Assembly (NCBI RefSeq): GCF_006345805.1
Contig: NC_043005.1
Location: 45,260,001 to 45,324,000 of the forward strand
Direction: 5' to 3'
DNA: 64,000 bases
From: Octopus sinensis
Taxonomy: Eukaryota
Of this stretch, positions 12,881-25,835 are shown in pieces (position 1 is the stretch's first letter; the number at the start of each line of letters is the position of its first letter). The notes beneath the pieces are model-generated. The model searched no databases, was not told where the DNA came from, and saw only the letters and a program-made list of their open reading frames with translations. A program made the translations under genes and the position numbers.

Positions 12881-13796
12881 TTGTATAAGGATGTACACAC
12901 AGCTGTATAGTTAAGAAGTTTTCTTCACAATGACATGGTTCTAGGTTCAATGCCGCTGCACAGCTCTACTGGTGAGGGTCATCTACCAATACTTCACATT
13001 GACCAATGCTGTACATTTTGTATGGGAACCTTTCAATGAGGCTAGCACATATTACAATAGAGCCAGTTTTGCAATATATAAAATTCATTTCAGTTTTTCT
13101 GATTCCAACTTTATGCATAAAATATAAATTGTTTTATTAATGACATACTATCAAGAAAGCACATGTATGCAAATTAGGTCATTCACCAATGTGCTTGCCT
13201 AATTTGCGTCTGCTTTATACAGCTGCTGGGGATTCTAAGCTGCTCTATAGGGCAAAGAATTTGGGTATGTCTTTTCTGTTGAGTGATCAACATATAATGA
13301 AACAGTTCAGCAGAAGACTCGCTTCACCACTTTCTACTCATCAGAAGCTCAGAAGGAACATGTTTTACATTCTTCATGGTTCACCCATTATACAAGTTCA
13401 TTTCAGTTCTTCTCATCTATGTTGTATTGTCTATTGTCTTTCACTTGTCTCGGTCATTGGACTGTTAAACGAATCAACCTCAATACTTATTTTTTAAAAA
13501 TCTGGTGCTTATTCTAACTAATGAGAATGTAAACAAGCCATCATTGGTTGTCAAGCAGTGGTGGAGGACAAACACAAAATAAAAGTCACACACACATATA
13601 TATAGGAATTTATAGGTTTCTCGCTTTAAAATTCAGCCATAAAGTTTCAGTCAGCCCAGGACTTTAGTGGGAGGTATATTCCACAGGTTCTAGACAATTA
13701 GACTGATGCTGGGACGATGTGGTTGGGAAGCAAGCTTCTTAATGAGTAACTCCAAAAATAGGCTTTCCACTAATGTGCTAGCCTAATTTATGACAG

Positions 13797-13985
13797 CTCA
13801 TCATCATCATTTAATGTTCATTTTCCATGCTCGTATGGTTTGGACAGTTTGACAGGAGCTGACCAAGCTCCATGTCTGTTTTGGCATAATTTCTATGGCT
13901 GGATGCCTTTCCTAATGCCAACCACTTTACAGAGTGTACCAGGTGCTGTCACGCAGCACTGGCATGGATGCTTTTTATGTGACAC
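13797..13985 (-). mobile_element. RTE 3'-UTR fragment
   Basis: catcatcatttaatg...ggctggatgcctttcctaatgccaaccac. Confidence 0.8.
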
Positions 13986-14909
13986 CAACTATATATATAT
14001 ATGAGGTGTGTATGTATAATAGCCAAAGATTAGCTACTGTGTATGTATGTATATATCTGTTTTCGAAACAATGAAACTTGAAGCAGATAAAGCTGTATAT
14101 AATCGCTTGTAAATATTAGATTAAAAGTCCCTTTGGATAGAAAAAAATATGAAGGCGCTTTGTTGGATATAAACCCACATCTTCTGTGAACATGACTGAC
14201 ATTCTTCCAAGGGATCAAAGTAATCCTTTGAATTTCTATACCTATTTTAGAAACTTTATACTTACCAATGAGAATTATACATTGTTCACTTCACAAGAAT
14301 TCAGAAACTTCAAGCTATATATGATAGCTTGTAGATATTGGATTTTAAAATTCCTTTGGGAAGAAAAAATCCAAAGGCTTTGTATTCAAAGAGTTATTAT
14401 TTATAGCTTTAACTACTTTAAGTTTTACTGTTTCAGAAAAAATTTATTTCATGTCCTTTTGAGATTTCTAAATTCTTATGGCATTAACAGAATGCATATA
14501 TAAACTGAAAGTTCTATGCTATGGATTTCTAAACATAAATTGTGTATAAAATATGTATTAACAAATGACAAGCAATTGAAGTGTGCAAATATTCAAAATA
14601 GGATATCCACTATTGTGCTAGCTTAATTTATGGCAGGTTTTTATATAGTAACTGAAGATTCTGTGCAATGGCTTTTGAAAGGAAGTCAGGTATTTCTTAG
14701 AGGAACAATCCAAAATTCATGAAATAGTCCATCTGAAGACATCCTAGCTACCCTTTCTGGACATCAAAAAATTTAAAAGAAATATGCTTATGTTCTTCTT
14801 ATTTCACCCACAGCCAGGTATTATAGTATTTAAACATATATTTAAATATGTATATACATGAACACACACTCATATATATATCTTAAATATGCACACATAC
14901 ATCCACACC

Positions 14910-15090
14910 TTTAACATTGTTTTCAATTAATCATGCATTATCTTGTAGCTTCAAGATTTCAACAATGTGATTATTTATTTTTAGACTGACATTGCTGGGT
15001 AGGTGTGAGAGACCAGATCTGGCTTGTTTGAAAATAAAGCAGGTAGAATATTTGGATCAGATATGAACAGGTTAAATGCTAAAGGGTTAA
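14910..15090 (+). mobile_element. piggyBac-type MITE family A, 5' part missing
   Basis: Ends aatgctaaaggg|ttaa, and the interior matches 60992-61219. Confidence 0.7.
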
Positions 15091-15339
15091 ATATACACAT
15101 TAGTGGCTACTATAGTTTGCATATTTATGCCTTTCACAATTCGTCATAATTTAAACAATATAAATATTCTGCGCCCATCTTCATCACACACACACACACA
15201 CTATTATCATCAAATCAATGTCCACTTTTCTATGCTTCACATGGGCCTAGCCCTAACCCTACACAGATGTATATATGTGTGTGAGTGTGTGTATGCTTGT
15301 GTGTCCTTGTCTTGGCATCATGTAATAGTTGTAAATGAG

Positions 15340-15570
15340 TGTCACTGTTATACAAGCAGTGTTATTCATTTCCAATATCCTGTGATAAGGTACCTGACCA
15401 TGGGCAAATATTACTTTGTCAGGAAACAAGTGCAGGTTGGTGAGAAATAGGACATCTAGCCCTCAAATACAGACACAGTAGCCTGGAGTAGTTTTCTACC
15501 TGGCCAGCTCATGTTAACCGTCCTGCCCATGCATGCATGGAAGATGGATGTTAAACGATGATGATGATAT
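15340..15570 (+). mobile_element. RTE-related 3' tail, divergent subfamily
   Basis: Ends cccatgcatgcatggaagatggatgttaaacgatgatgat. Confidence 0.55.
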
Positions 15571-15603
15571 GTATGTATATTCATATATATATATATATAT
15601 ATA

Positions 15604-15908
15604 TCACCGTGACCGACCAGGCTATCAGATGTTGCTACACATCACTGGTCACAATGCGATTCGCATTGTTTTTTAGCCTTCAAATGACGCCACCCCGCTG
15701 GCTAAGTGAGCAGGCCAACAGAAGAAAGAGTGAGAGAAAGTTGTGGCGAAAGAGTACCGCAGGGATTGCTACCACCCCCTGCCAAAGTCTCGTGGAGCTT
15801 TAGGCGTTTTTGCTCAATAAACACTCACAACGCCCAGTCTGGAAATCGAAACCACGATCCTACGACCGCAAGTCTGCTGCCCTAACCACTGAGCCATTGC
15901 GCCTCCAC
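15604..15908 (-). mobile_element. SINE family T2, well preserved, inserted in (TA)n
   Basis: Minus-strand head gtggaggcgcaatggctcagtggttagggcagc...ggtttcgatttcc with A and B boxes, flanked by (TA)n on both sides. tRNA-derived OK/OR1/OR2 SINEs are known from octopus, but I cannot assign which one this is. Confidence 0.85.
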
Positions 15909-16364
15909 ATATATATATATTTATAAATCAATAAAAACAGCTGTTTGCAACATTAAATTGTAAAGTAATATTATAGTCAACTAAACTTGGCTAAGGGTGT
16001 GAACAACACCTACATTGCTAGAAATAGGAGCTAAAATCCTCCAGTGCTGTTACAAAGCACATAACATATACTCTATTAGAGTATATGTTATGTGCATTTT
16101 AGCTCCAATATAGTTATTATTTACACCCTTAGTCAAATATATATATATACACACACTTAGAGTTTCTGTCTGCTATTCACTCTCACAAGGTTATAGATAG
16201 CCTGAGACTATAATAGAAGACACTTGGCCCAGGGTGCCATGTACTGGGACTGGATTCAAAAATATGAGTGTGAAGCAAAGTCTGCACCCAACAATGCTAT
16301 ATATATACGTATATGTACACACTTACATATGCAGGTGTGTGTGTGTGTGTATAAAGAGATATGT

Positions 16365-16535
16365 ATATGTGACACGTAAAAGGCACCCACTACACTCTGG
16401 AGTGGTTGGCGTTGGAAAGGGCACCCAGCCATAGAAACCAATTCAAACCAGACTGGAGCCTGGTGCAGCTCTCCAGCTTATCAGTTCCAGTCAAACTGTC
16501 TTACCCATGCCAGCATGGAATATGGACACATGATG
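16365..16535 (+). mobile_element. RTE 3'-UTR fragment
   Basis: cacccactacactctggagtggttggcgttggaaagggcacccagcc...atgatga. Confidence 0.8.
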
Positions 16536-16915
16536 AATATGGACACACTCGTGTGTGTGTGTGTGTGTGTGTGTATTCATATATATGTATGAGTGTGTAT
16601 ACATATTTATGTGCATATATATATATATATATATATATTTGCATATATGTGTGTGAGATAAATAGAAAATGAGGAAATATATTACAGCCAGATATCATTC
16701 CTGTTGCTAATTCTTACCTGCTTCACAAGTAAGGGAATTTTTGCTCCACTTGTGTTCAACCGTGTAGAACTACCAGAAAAATTTTCAGACAGGGAAATGT
16801 CAATAAATGCTACCATGCATAGCTCAGTGATTTTCATGTGAAGCACATAATAGAAACATTCCCATAGACATACATATATACATACATCCTTAGTGTGTGT
16901 GGGTGCATATACATA

Positions 16916-16956
<41 letters not shown>

Positions 16957-17289
16957 ATGTACATTGTCATATATATATATGTATATACATACACATATAT
17001 ACATAGAAAGATAGGTTAGATAGATAGACAGACAGACAAACATAGATATGCATAAGTATATGTATATATAAATGTACATTGTCATATATATGTATATACA
17101 TACACATATATATACATAGAAAGATAGGTTAGATAGATTGATAGATAGACAGACATAGATATGCATAAGTATATGTATGGTGTTATATATGTATATATAT
17201 ATATACGCATACATAGCTAGATAGATATAGATATGCACAAGTATATGTATGGTTATAAGTAAAAATGTATATAATGTATAATATATATT

Positions 17290-17320
<31 letters not shown>

Positions 17321-18690
17321 GCACACACACACATAGGAAGATAGATAGATGTGTATGATGACATGTATGTTTGTGTCTCTCTGTCTGCGTAGATATAACA
17401 ATATATTTATGTTTGTGTGTATAATATATGATGATGTGTGGTTTCTATGGTTGGCTGCCATTCCTGGTCCAATTCAGGAATCCTTTCTGCATGCCACCAT
17501 CTATCTCAAAAAAACTGATAAGCACCCACCATCTAAGTGAGGATATAGCATAGACAGATATTAGGGATTAAAATGTTTAAGTTTTATTGAAGGGACAAGA
17601 ATAGGTTTATAGTTGTAGAGGAGATCCATGCATTATATAAGGGTGGTTGGAATTAATTGGGGTGGAACCAGAAAGAGATGTGTATGTGTGTGATATACAT
17701 ATATATGCTCATATGCACAAATATATATAAGCATATACATATCATTATGATCATCATCTTAACATCTACTTCTCCAAGCTTGCATGGTTCACACAAGAGT
17801 GCCTTGGGTCAGAGTTTTCTGTGGCTGGATGCCCTTTGTGAGAGCAACCACCACCTGTTTCCAGTCTCTCTGTGCTTCCCACTTTATCAGACAAAAAAAC
17901 AGCCCAGACATGGTTACATCGGCAGCTGTAAACAAAAGACACCAACCAGTGAACACACATGAAAATGAGGAAAAATATACATACATACATTCACACATCT
18001 CTCTCCCTCTCTCTGTATATGTATGTATATATATATATATATATGTACGTATTTATTTATGTACTGTTTATTAAAACTGAAAAATCTTCACAAGCTGTTA
18101 CTTAGTTTCGCTTTACCATTCATCAGACAGTTGTGATCGTGTGTATGTGTGTGTGTAAGCTAATTTTGTAGACAGACACTGAATGATACACACACAAGCA
18201 TGCTCACATGATTGGCCTCTTTCGGTTTCTGCTTACAAAACCCCGTCACAAGGCTTTGGTTGAGCCCAGTGCTGCAGTGGAAAACACTTGTTCACAGTGC
18301 AACTGCAACACAGTGGGACTTTTATCTGATACCAAGCAGTTAGGAAATGCTTGACTGCATAGCCATGTCTCTCTCTCTCTCTCTTTTCTTTCTCTCACCT
18401 CTTTCTCCCCCTCTCTTTCTCTTTAACCTCTTCTTTCAATCATTAGACTGTGGGCATGCCTAGGAGTGAGTATTTCTAGTCAAATGAAAGGACCTCAGTG
18501 CTTTTTTTTAAACCTGGTACTTATTCTGAATCACTAATTTACAGGCTCATAAATACACGAACATCAATTATCAAGTGGTGATGGGGGAGACATACACAGG
18601 CACAAAGACATGCACACATACACACACACATAATGTATGCATATATATGTGTATATATATATATATGTATATATATATTCAATCATATAT

Positions 18691-19062
18691 AGGCGCAGGA
18701 GTGACTGTGCGGTAAGTAGCTTAGTCCCACTGTGTGGCACCTTGGGCAAGTGTCTTCTACTATAGCCTCGGGCCGACCAAAGCCTTGTGAGTAGATTTGG
18801 TAGACAGCAACTGAAAGAAGCCCGTCGTATATATGTATATATATATGTATGTGTCTGTGTTTGTCCCCCTAGCATTGCTTGACAACCGGTACTGGTGTGT
18901 TTATGTCCCCATCACTTAGCGGTTTGGCAAAAAGAGACCGATAGAATAAGTACTGGGCTTACAAAGAATAAGTCCCGGGGGTCGAGTTGCTCGATTAAAG
19001 GCGGTGCTCCAGCATGGCCGCAGTCGAATGACTGAAACAAGTAAAAGAATAAAGAGTAAGAG
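18691..19062 (+). mobile_element. SINE family T1, well preserved, with a deletion in the tRNA head
   Basis: aggcgcaggagtgactgtgcggtaag start. Compared with the 35061 and 50155 copies, 'gcttaccaaccacatggttccgggttc' is missing. Tail ends gactgaaacaagtaaaagaataaagag. Confidence 0.9.
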
Positions 19063-19614
19063 TATATATTCACTCATACACACACACACACACAAACAAG
19101 TTTCTTTCAGTTTCCATCTGCCAACCCGACTGACAAGGATTTGTTTGGCCCAATGCTATAGTACAAGATACTTGCCCTAGGTTCCATGCAGTGGGACTGA
19201 TCCAAGAACAGTATGGTTGGGAAGCATCTGTGCTTATATATGATGCTGTACATTAGCTCACTCCCAGATCAACCTTACCTATACAGCTGCTCATGTATGC
19301 CACCTTCAGATGTCAAAATAATCGCAGAGCAACATGTAATGGAATGTTTTTGGTCAAGAACATAACGTGCCACCCAATCAAGGAAATGAAGCCAGAATCT
19401 AGCAATTATGAGAGCAACGTGCTAACCACTAGACCACATCCACACACACACACATACATGTGTATGCATATATATTTGTGTGTGTGTGTGTGTGTATATA
19501 TATACATATATATAAGTATATATGTATATATATGCATATATATGTATATATGTGTGTATAGATATATATGTATATATATATGTATATATACATATATATA
19601 TTTGTGTGTGTATT

Positions 19615-19647
<33 letters not shown>

Positions 19648-19674
19648 ATGTACATATATATATGTATGTATATC

Positions 19675-20010
19675 ATCATCATCATCATCATCGTTTAACG
19701 TCCGTTCTCCATGCTAGCATGGGTTGGACGGTTCGACCGGGGATCTGGGAAGCCAGAAGGCTGCACCAGGCTCCAGTCTTATCTGGCAGTGTTTCTACAG
19801 CTGGATGCCCTTCCTAACGCCAACCACTCCGTGAGTGTAGTGGGTGCTTTTTACGTGCCACCTGCACAGGTGCCAGGCGAGGCTGGCAACGGCCATGGTC
19901 GGATTGGTGTATTTTATGTGCCACCGGCACAGAAGCCAGACGAGGCAGTGCTGGCATCGGCCACGAGTCGGATGGTGCTTTTTACGTACCACCAGACCAG
20001 GGATCCTGGC
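19675..20010 (-). mobile_element. RTE 3'-UTR, CpG-rich (apparently young), with internal tandem units
   Basis: (CAT)n then cgtttaacgtccg..., followed by repeated gtgccacc...ggcacag units. Confidence 0.85.
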
Positions 20011-20310
20011 TGGTTCAATTCGGTACATATATATATACATGCATATGTATGTATATTGATATATGTATATGTATATATGTATGTATATATGTATATGTAT
20101 GTATATATGTGTGTGTATGTATATATGTGTGTATGTATATATATATGTATATGGATCTATATGTATATATATGTGTGTATGTATATATGTGTGTATGTAT
20201 ATATATATGTATATGGATCTATATGTATATATATATGTATATATATATATATATATGTATGTATTATATATATATATATATATATGTATGTATATATATA
20301 TGTATATGTA

Positions 20311-20350
<40 letters not shown>

Positions 20351-20413
20351 TATATGTATATATATATATATGTATATACATGTGTTTATGTATGTATATA
20401 TATATATATATAG

Positions 20414-21805
20414 ATCCTTAAATCCTTAAAAATGTTTCAGCCCAAAAGCTGCGACCATGCTGGGGCATCACTGTTGAATGAGCTCCACTAATATGTGAAA
20501 GCATCTCTGATACGTTGCCCTTGGTCAACAAGGGAGTTTGATGCCGCTGCCCGCATCTTTGTCTCCTTCCGAGAGGTAGGTTCATTTGGAACCCCTGACA
20601 AGAAGAGATCCAGTTTAGTTTTAAAGAAACCCACATCCACATCATGCAGGTTTCTCAGGCATTTAGGAAGGATATTGAAGAGCTGTGGTCCCCTGAAACC
20701 CAAGCTGTTGCAGTATCTAGTCCTGTATTTTGATGGTGATGTTAGGATCTTTGGCATCATGCAGTGGCACCCCGTTCTGCTGTTGGGGTACAATGCCAAA
20801 ATTTGGGACAAGACCCTCCAGGATTTTCCAGATGTATATCACTGCATATCTCTCCCGCCTTTGCTCCAGGGAGAAGATTTTAATACTTTCAGTCTTTCCC
20901 AGTAGCTGATATGTTACATTGAGACGATCTTCTTAGTGTAGCTTCATTGGATTGCTTCGAGCTCTGCTGTTAACTTTATATTGTGTGGTGACCATAGTTG
21001 GGAGCAGTAGTCCAAGCGGCTGAGGATGAATGTCTTCCAAAGGACCATCAGTGTCTCCTTCTCTCTTGTTCTGAAAGTTCGGAGGATCCATCCAGCTAAC
21101 TGTCTGCATCTTATTACCAAATTGGCAATATGCACTTGGAAAGATGCATCATTGCTCATGTCAACGCCCAAGTCATGCACTGATTTTGATTCAGGAATTG
21201 CAATTTTTCCCGGGCCAGTGTATCTGGTCTGCATGTCGTTCACCTTTGTGTGCCGGTAGCACAGGGCCTGGAACTTCCCTGCTTTAAACTGCATGTTGTT
21301 GTCCTCAGCCCACCTGTATATTGTATCCAACTCCCGTTGCAGATGTGCAATATTTCCACAATTTTGTATTGTCTGAGAGACTTTTGTGTCATCTGCATAG
21401 CTAGCAAGGGTGGCCATCTTAGCAACTGAAGGCATGTCTGAAAGGGCCACTATGAACAGCAGTGGCCCCAAGACAGTGCTCTGTGGAACACCACTTGTTA
21501 TTTGTGTTTCCTTGGAGGTGGCTCCATTGGCCACCACTGCCTGCCTTCTATCTTTTAGGAAGTTGTGCAGCCACACTCCAAGTTTTCCGCCTATGCCGAG
21601 ATCACGCAGTTTGTAACAAATCATACCATGGTCAACTTTATCAAAGGCTTTTACAAAGTCGAGATATATTACATCTACACTTGAGCCATTTAGTAGCTGT
21701 TTTAACACCCAGTCATAGTGTTGCAGGAGCTGTGTTAGACAGCTTCTACCTGGTTGAAATCCATGCTGGGTGTCAGTCAGCAAGTCATTTTCTTCAAGGA
21801 ACATA
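20414..21805 (-). mobile_element. 5'-truncated CR1-group LINE (RT domain, C-terminus, 3'-UTR), disabled
   Basis: QHGF.PGRSCLTQLL, YLDFVKAFDKVDH, SGVPQSTVLGP, YADD, RLDYCSQLWSP and GPQLFNILP. In-frame stops near 20944 and 20915, and a frameshift. The ORF track upstream of 21805 is microsatellite. Confidence 0.95.
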
Positions 21806-21827
21806 TGCAAGTATATATATGTATATA

Positions 21828-21874
<47 letters not shown>

Positions 21875-22524
21875 ATATACATATATGTATATATGTGTAT
21901 ATATATGTGTGTATATACATATATGTATATATGTGTATATATATGTGTGTATATACATATATGTATATATGTGTATATATATGTGTGTGTATATACATAT
22001 ATGTATATATGTGTATATATATGTGTGTATATACATATATGTATATATGTGTATATGTATGTGTGTATATACATATATGTATATATGTGTATATGTATGT
22101 GTGTATATACATATATGTATATATGTGTATATGTATGTGTGTATATACATATATGTATATATGTGTATATATGTGTGTATATATATATATATACATGCAT
22201 ATGTATGTATATTGATATATGTATATGTATATATATATATATGTATATATGTGTGTATGTATGTGTGTATATACATATATGTATATATAATATATATATA
22301 TATGTATGTGTATATATATAATATATATGTATGTGTGTATATATATATATATATATGTTATGTATATATATATATATATATATATGTGTATGTATATATA
22401 ATATATGTATGTATTATATATATATGTATATATATATGTATATATATATATGTATATGTATATATATATGTATATATATGTATATATATATATGTATGTA
22501 TATATATATGTATATATATATATG

Positions 22525-22556
<32 letters not shown>

Positions 22557-22566
22557 TATGTATATA
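21806..22566. repeat. TA/TG satellite including a ~38-bp higher-order unit (gtgtatatacatatatgtatatatgtgtatatatatgt)
   Basis: Unit repeats at 21871, 21909 and onward. Confidence 0.9.
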
Positions 22567-22567
22567 T

Positions 22568-22750
22568 GGGTGGCACGTAAAAAGCACCCACTACACTCAC
22601 GGAGTGGTTGGCGTTAGGAAGGGCATCCAGCCGTAGAAACACTGCCAGATTTGACTGGGCCTGATGAAGCCTTCTGGCTTCACAGACCCCAGTAGAACCG
22701 TCCAACCCATGCTAGCATGGAAAACGGACGCTAAACGATGATGATGATGA
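22568..22750 (+). mobile_element. RTE 3'-UTR, same subfamily as 19675-20010 and in inverted orientation
   Basis: gtggcacgtaaaaagcacccactacactcacggagtggttggcgttaggaagggc...ctaaacgatgatgat. Confidence 0.9.
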
Positions 22751-22815
22751 TATATATGTATAATATATATATATGTATATATAGTATATATATATATATT
22801 ATATATATATATGTA

Positions 22816-22847
<32 letters not shown>

Positions 22848-22915
22848 CATGCTTATGTATATATATATGTGTGTATATATATATATATGTATATATATAT
22901 GTGTGTGTGTGTGTG

Positions 22916-22947
<32 letters not shown>

Positions 22948-22949
22948 GG

Positions 22950-23235
22950 CACAATGCCAGAAATTTTAGGGAGGGACTACCTGATTGCATCAACCCCAGT
23001 GTTTCACTGGTACTTAATTTCTTAACCCTAAAAGGATGAATGGTAAAGTTGATGTTGGTGGAGTTTGAACTTGGAACATAAAGATGAACGAAATATTACA
23101 TATATATATATATCCTTTTAGGGTTGATAAATTAAGTACCAGTGAAACACTGGGGTTGATGCAGTCAGCTAGTCCCTCCCCTAAAATTTCTGGCCTTGTG
23201 CCTATAGTAGATAGGATTATTATTATTATTATTAT
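22950..23235. mobile_element. Two partial M-family SINEs in opposite orientation (22950-23095 minus, 23110-23235 plus)
   Basis: Core aagtaccagtgaaacactggggttgatgca is present in both orientations. Confidence 0.75.
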
Positions 23236-23833
23236 TACTTTAAAGAATTTGATTCAGCCCCATGTAACTTAAAGTTTTGTTAGTTCTTTACAGAAACCTA
23301 GCTTGTCAGGCTCATGTAGCCACAATTTTATATATGTGCACATGTTTACCTGTATATACACACTCACAGATATTGATATGTATGCGCCACTTATTGAACT
23401 TTAGTGTTTTCGAACAGATCGTCTCCATGATCATCATTGTACCTCAGCTTTCCATACTGGCATGTGTTGGGCAAGTTATCACGGTTCAGATCAATTCTTA
23501 TTTGTTTTTATTTCGCTTCTAAGTGGGTCCAATGAATTCACTTCACTCTTATTTATCATTTTGGATCCATTTCTGTGACTGGAAGCCCTTCTTTTACCCA
23601 ACCATTTTACAGAGTGTTCTGGATGACGGGTTTTTAAGACAGGAATAACTGATCATTTGCTTCCTTTGTTTTCTCCAGTTGCTCCAGAACCACAATCCTG
23701 CTGCCTTTGTTTTTATCTTCCTCTAATTTTATCATCACATCTTCACTTAACTCATCTTAATGGCATCCACCTGAAATAAAGCTCTGGGTGTATAATATAA
23801 ATTTATCAGTTTTAAATTGTTTTTATTTAAGTT

Positions 23834-24065
23834 TTAATCCTTTTGATATCAACCCACCTGAGAGCACCTTTTCATCTGTAATATAACGTCCAGTCTTAAA
23901 GTTATCTGAATTGAAACCTTCTTTTATAAAATCATGTGAATTTAGGTTTTCAAAGCATCAGCTTAATAATAACAAAATTAATTTTACTGATTGATTCATA
24001 ATTTTCAAAACTAATTGAAACAAAGGCAGTATATTTCAGCAGAAATATAGTGACAAAAGGGTTAA
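23834..24065 (+). mobile_element. piggyBac-type MITE family B
   Basis: ttaa-tccttttga ... tgacaaaaggg-ttaa terminal inverted repeats, ~230 bp. Confidence 0.75.
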
Positions 24066-25580
24066 GGCTTTCTGGGATTTTATATAAGAATCTTGATAAG
24101 TGATAGGCCCAACACTATCTTGATGGTAAATAATTTAGATACTTTGCAACTCACCTCCAGATTCTTCAGTATTTTCAAAACTAATTGGAAACCATAAAGT
24201 AATGTATATTAATAAATATGGTTTTGAAAATTTTTAAGAATTTCATATTTTTATTTAGTTTTTGGTTTTTTAAAAGAATCTTTTACTTTTTGTTTCTCTC
24301 TTTGCTTGATCAATAATTGTTTGTTTCTATAATTTCTGAAATACTACCATGAAAAGTACCTTATAGATTAGAATATTGTTTGATTCTTTTTGCTGAAAGA
24401 ATTGTAGATTTCCTGGAATTTGTAAATATCATTTTAAAAATAATTCCTTCCATCCAGTTGATTGAAAAATCGTTGTTTGCATCTGTTTTTTGTTTGTTTT
24501 TCTATGTCAGATTTTTATCATATGTAAAGAAATATCTTATTTCATAAAAATACCTCTTTAGTACTATAAGAAGAACTATATAATTCAATTCTGTAATGAT
24601 TTTAATATTCAAATTAAAGAATTTTGTTAATGTTTTAATGACTATTCTGGAGCTATTTACTAAAGAATTACTTTCATGTAATATCACTATGAAGATTTTT
24701 ATGCTTCAACTTTCTTAAATAATCTTACCAACAGATGGCTAAAAGAACAAAAATAAAACATACTTAGGTGTTATTTCTTGGGAATTACATCAATTTTTAT
24801 TATATTTTCATATCCAATAAAGTTAAATGTAATATCATTGCCCTATCACCATGTGGTTTTATATAGCCTTTTTATCAGTAAATTAATTTTACAAATTTTT
24901 ATTATTAAAAAAATGAAGAAATTGATATTAATATAATAATAAAGTATTTACATACTGTTATATTTTTATTTTATTTCAATGTTGATATCAAAAACAATTT
25001 TAAACAGATGTCCATTTTTTAATACATTATATGGTAATTTTTTCACTAATAATTTCTTAGAAAATTAATTTAATATATATTTATATAAATTTCCTCTCTG
25101 TCTTTTCTGTCTATTAAGCTATAGATGTAATAATCATGGAAATCGGTTTTCTTAAGTATAAAGTTTCTATTTTATCATACAAGTTTTTCTAAATTTTAAA
25201 TTTATTTTTAGAAGTGCTTCATGTGGTGGATTAGTTAGCTATGTTATGACCTAAATTACTAGGTCTATTTGTTAGATATACATATATTTGTATCGAATGA
25301 CTATCAAAACAATATTTAGTTAATAAAACCTTTCCTTAATATTTGATTATGAACTCTTTTTATAGAACTTTTAAAGGATTAACAGTTTTTTTTTTTCTAA
25401 TTGCTGAGTTTCTCTGTAAATTATTATGATAATGGCTTAATTTATATGGATATAATTTTCTAAACACTATTTTTGGTTAAGAAATGTTATCCGACAAAAG
25501 TAAAATACATTTTGCTTTAACAAAATAGTTCTCATTTTTTCACTTTTAGCAATATCTTCCTTGTCTCAGCATCATTATGA

Positions 25581-25835
25581 TTAACCCTTTTACTGCCAGA
25601 AAACATGTTTATCCACTCAAAATTTCATTACCCTTAACTGTGGAAATCAGTTTCATATACCATCCAAGCTTTTGTTGAGGAATGTCATGTTTGAAACTAT
25701 TTTCTATTGAGACATGTCAAGTTTATTGAGGCTCTGTGACTTGCAGAAAATACCAATCCTATTTATTTTGTGGGTTGATATTTAATATCATTAGTGGAAT
25801 AATCAAGCAATTTAATTTCAAAGTTAAAGGGTTAA
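25581..25835. mobile_element. piggyBac-type MITE family C
   Basis: ttaa-cccttttac ... gttaaaggg-ttaa TIRs; the interior is unlike families A and B. Confidence 0.65.

Noticed and set aside
15850-15908. tRNA gene-like A and B boxes (also at the T1 and M heads)
   Set aside because: There is no complete cloverleaf or acceptor stem, and the sequence continues into SINE bodies, so these are SINE heads.
16718-16770. Strong minus-strand donor CAG|GTAAGA with an open frame upstream
   Set aside because: The acceptor is ambiguous and the frame runs into microsatellite; no partner exon was found.
24149-24250. Minus-strand GAG|GTGAGT donor preceded by a signal-peptide-like frame (needs a 1-nt deletion in an A5 run)
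   Set aside because: It requires assuming a frameshift error, and most of the putative exon matches the right end of MITE family B (ttttcaaaactaattg).
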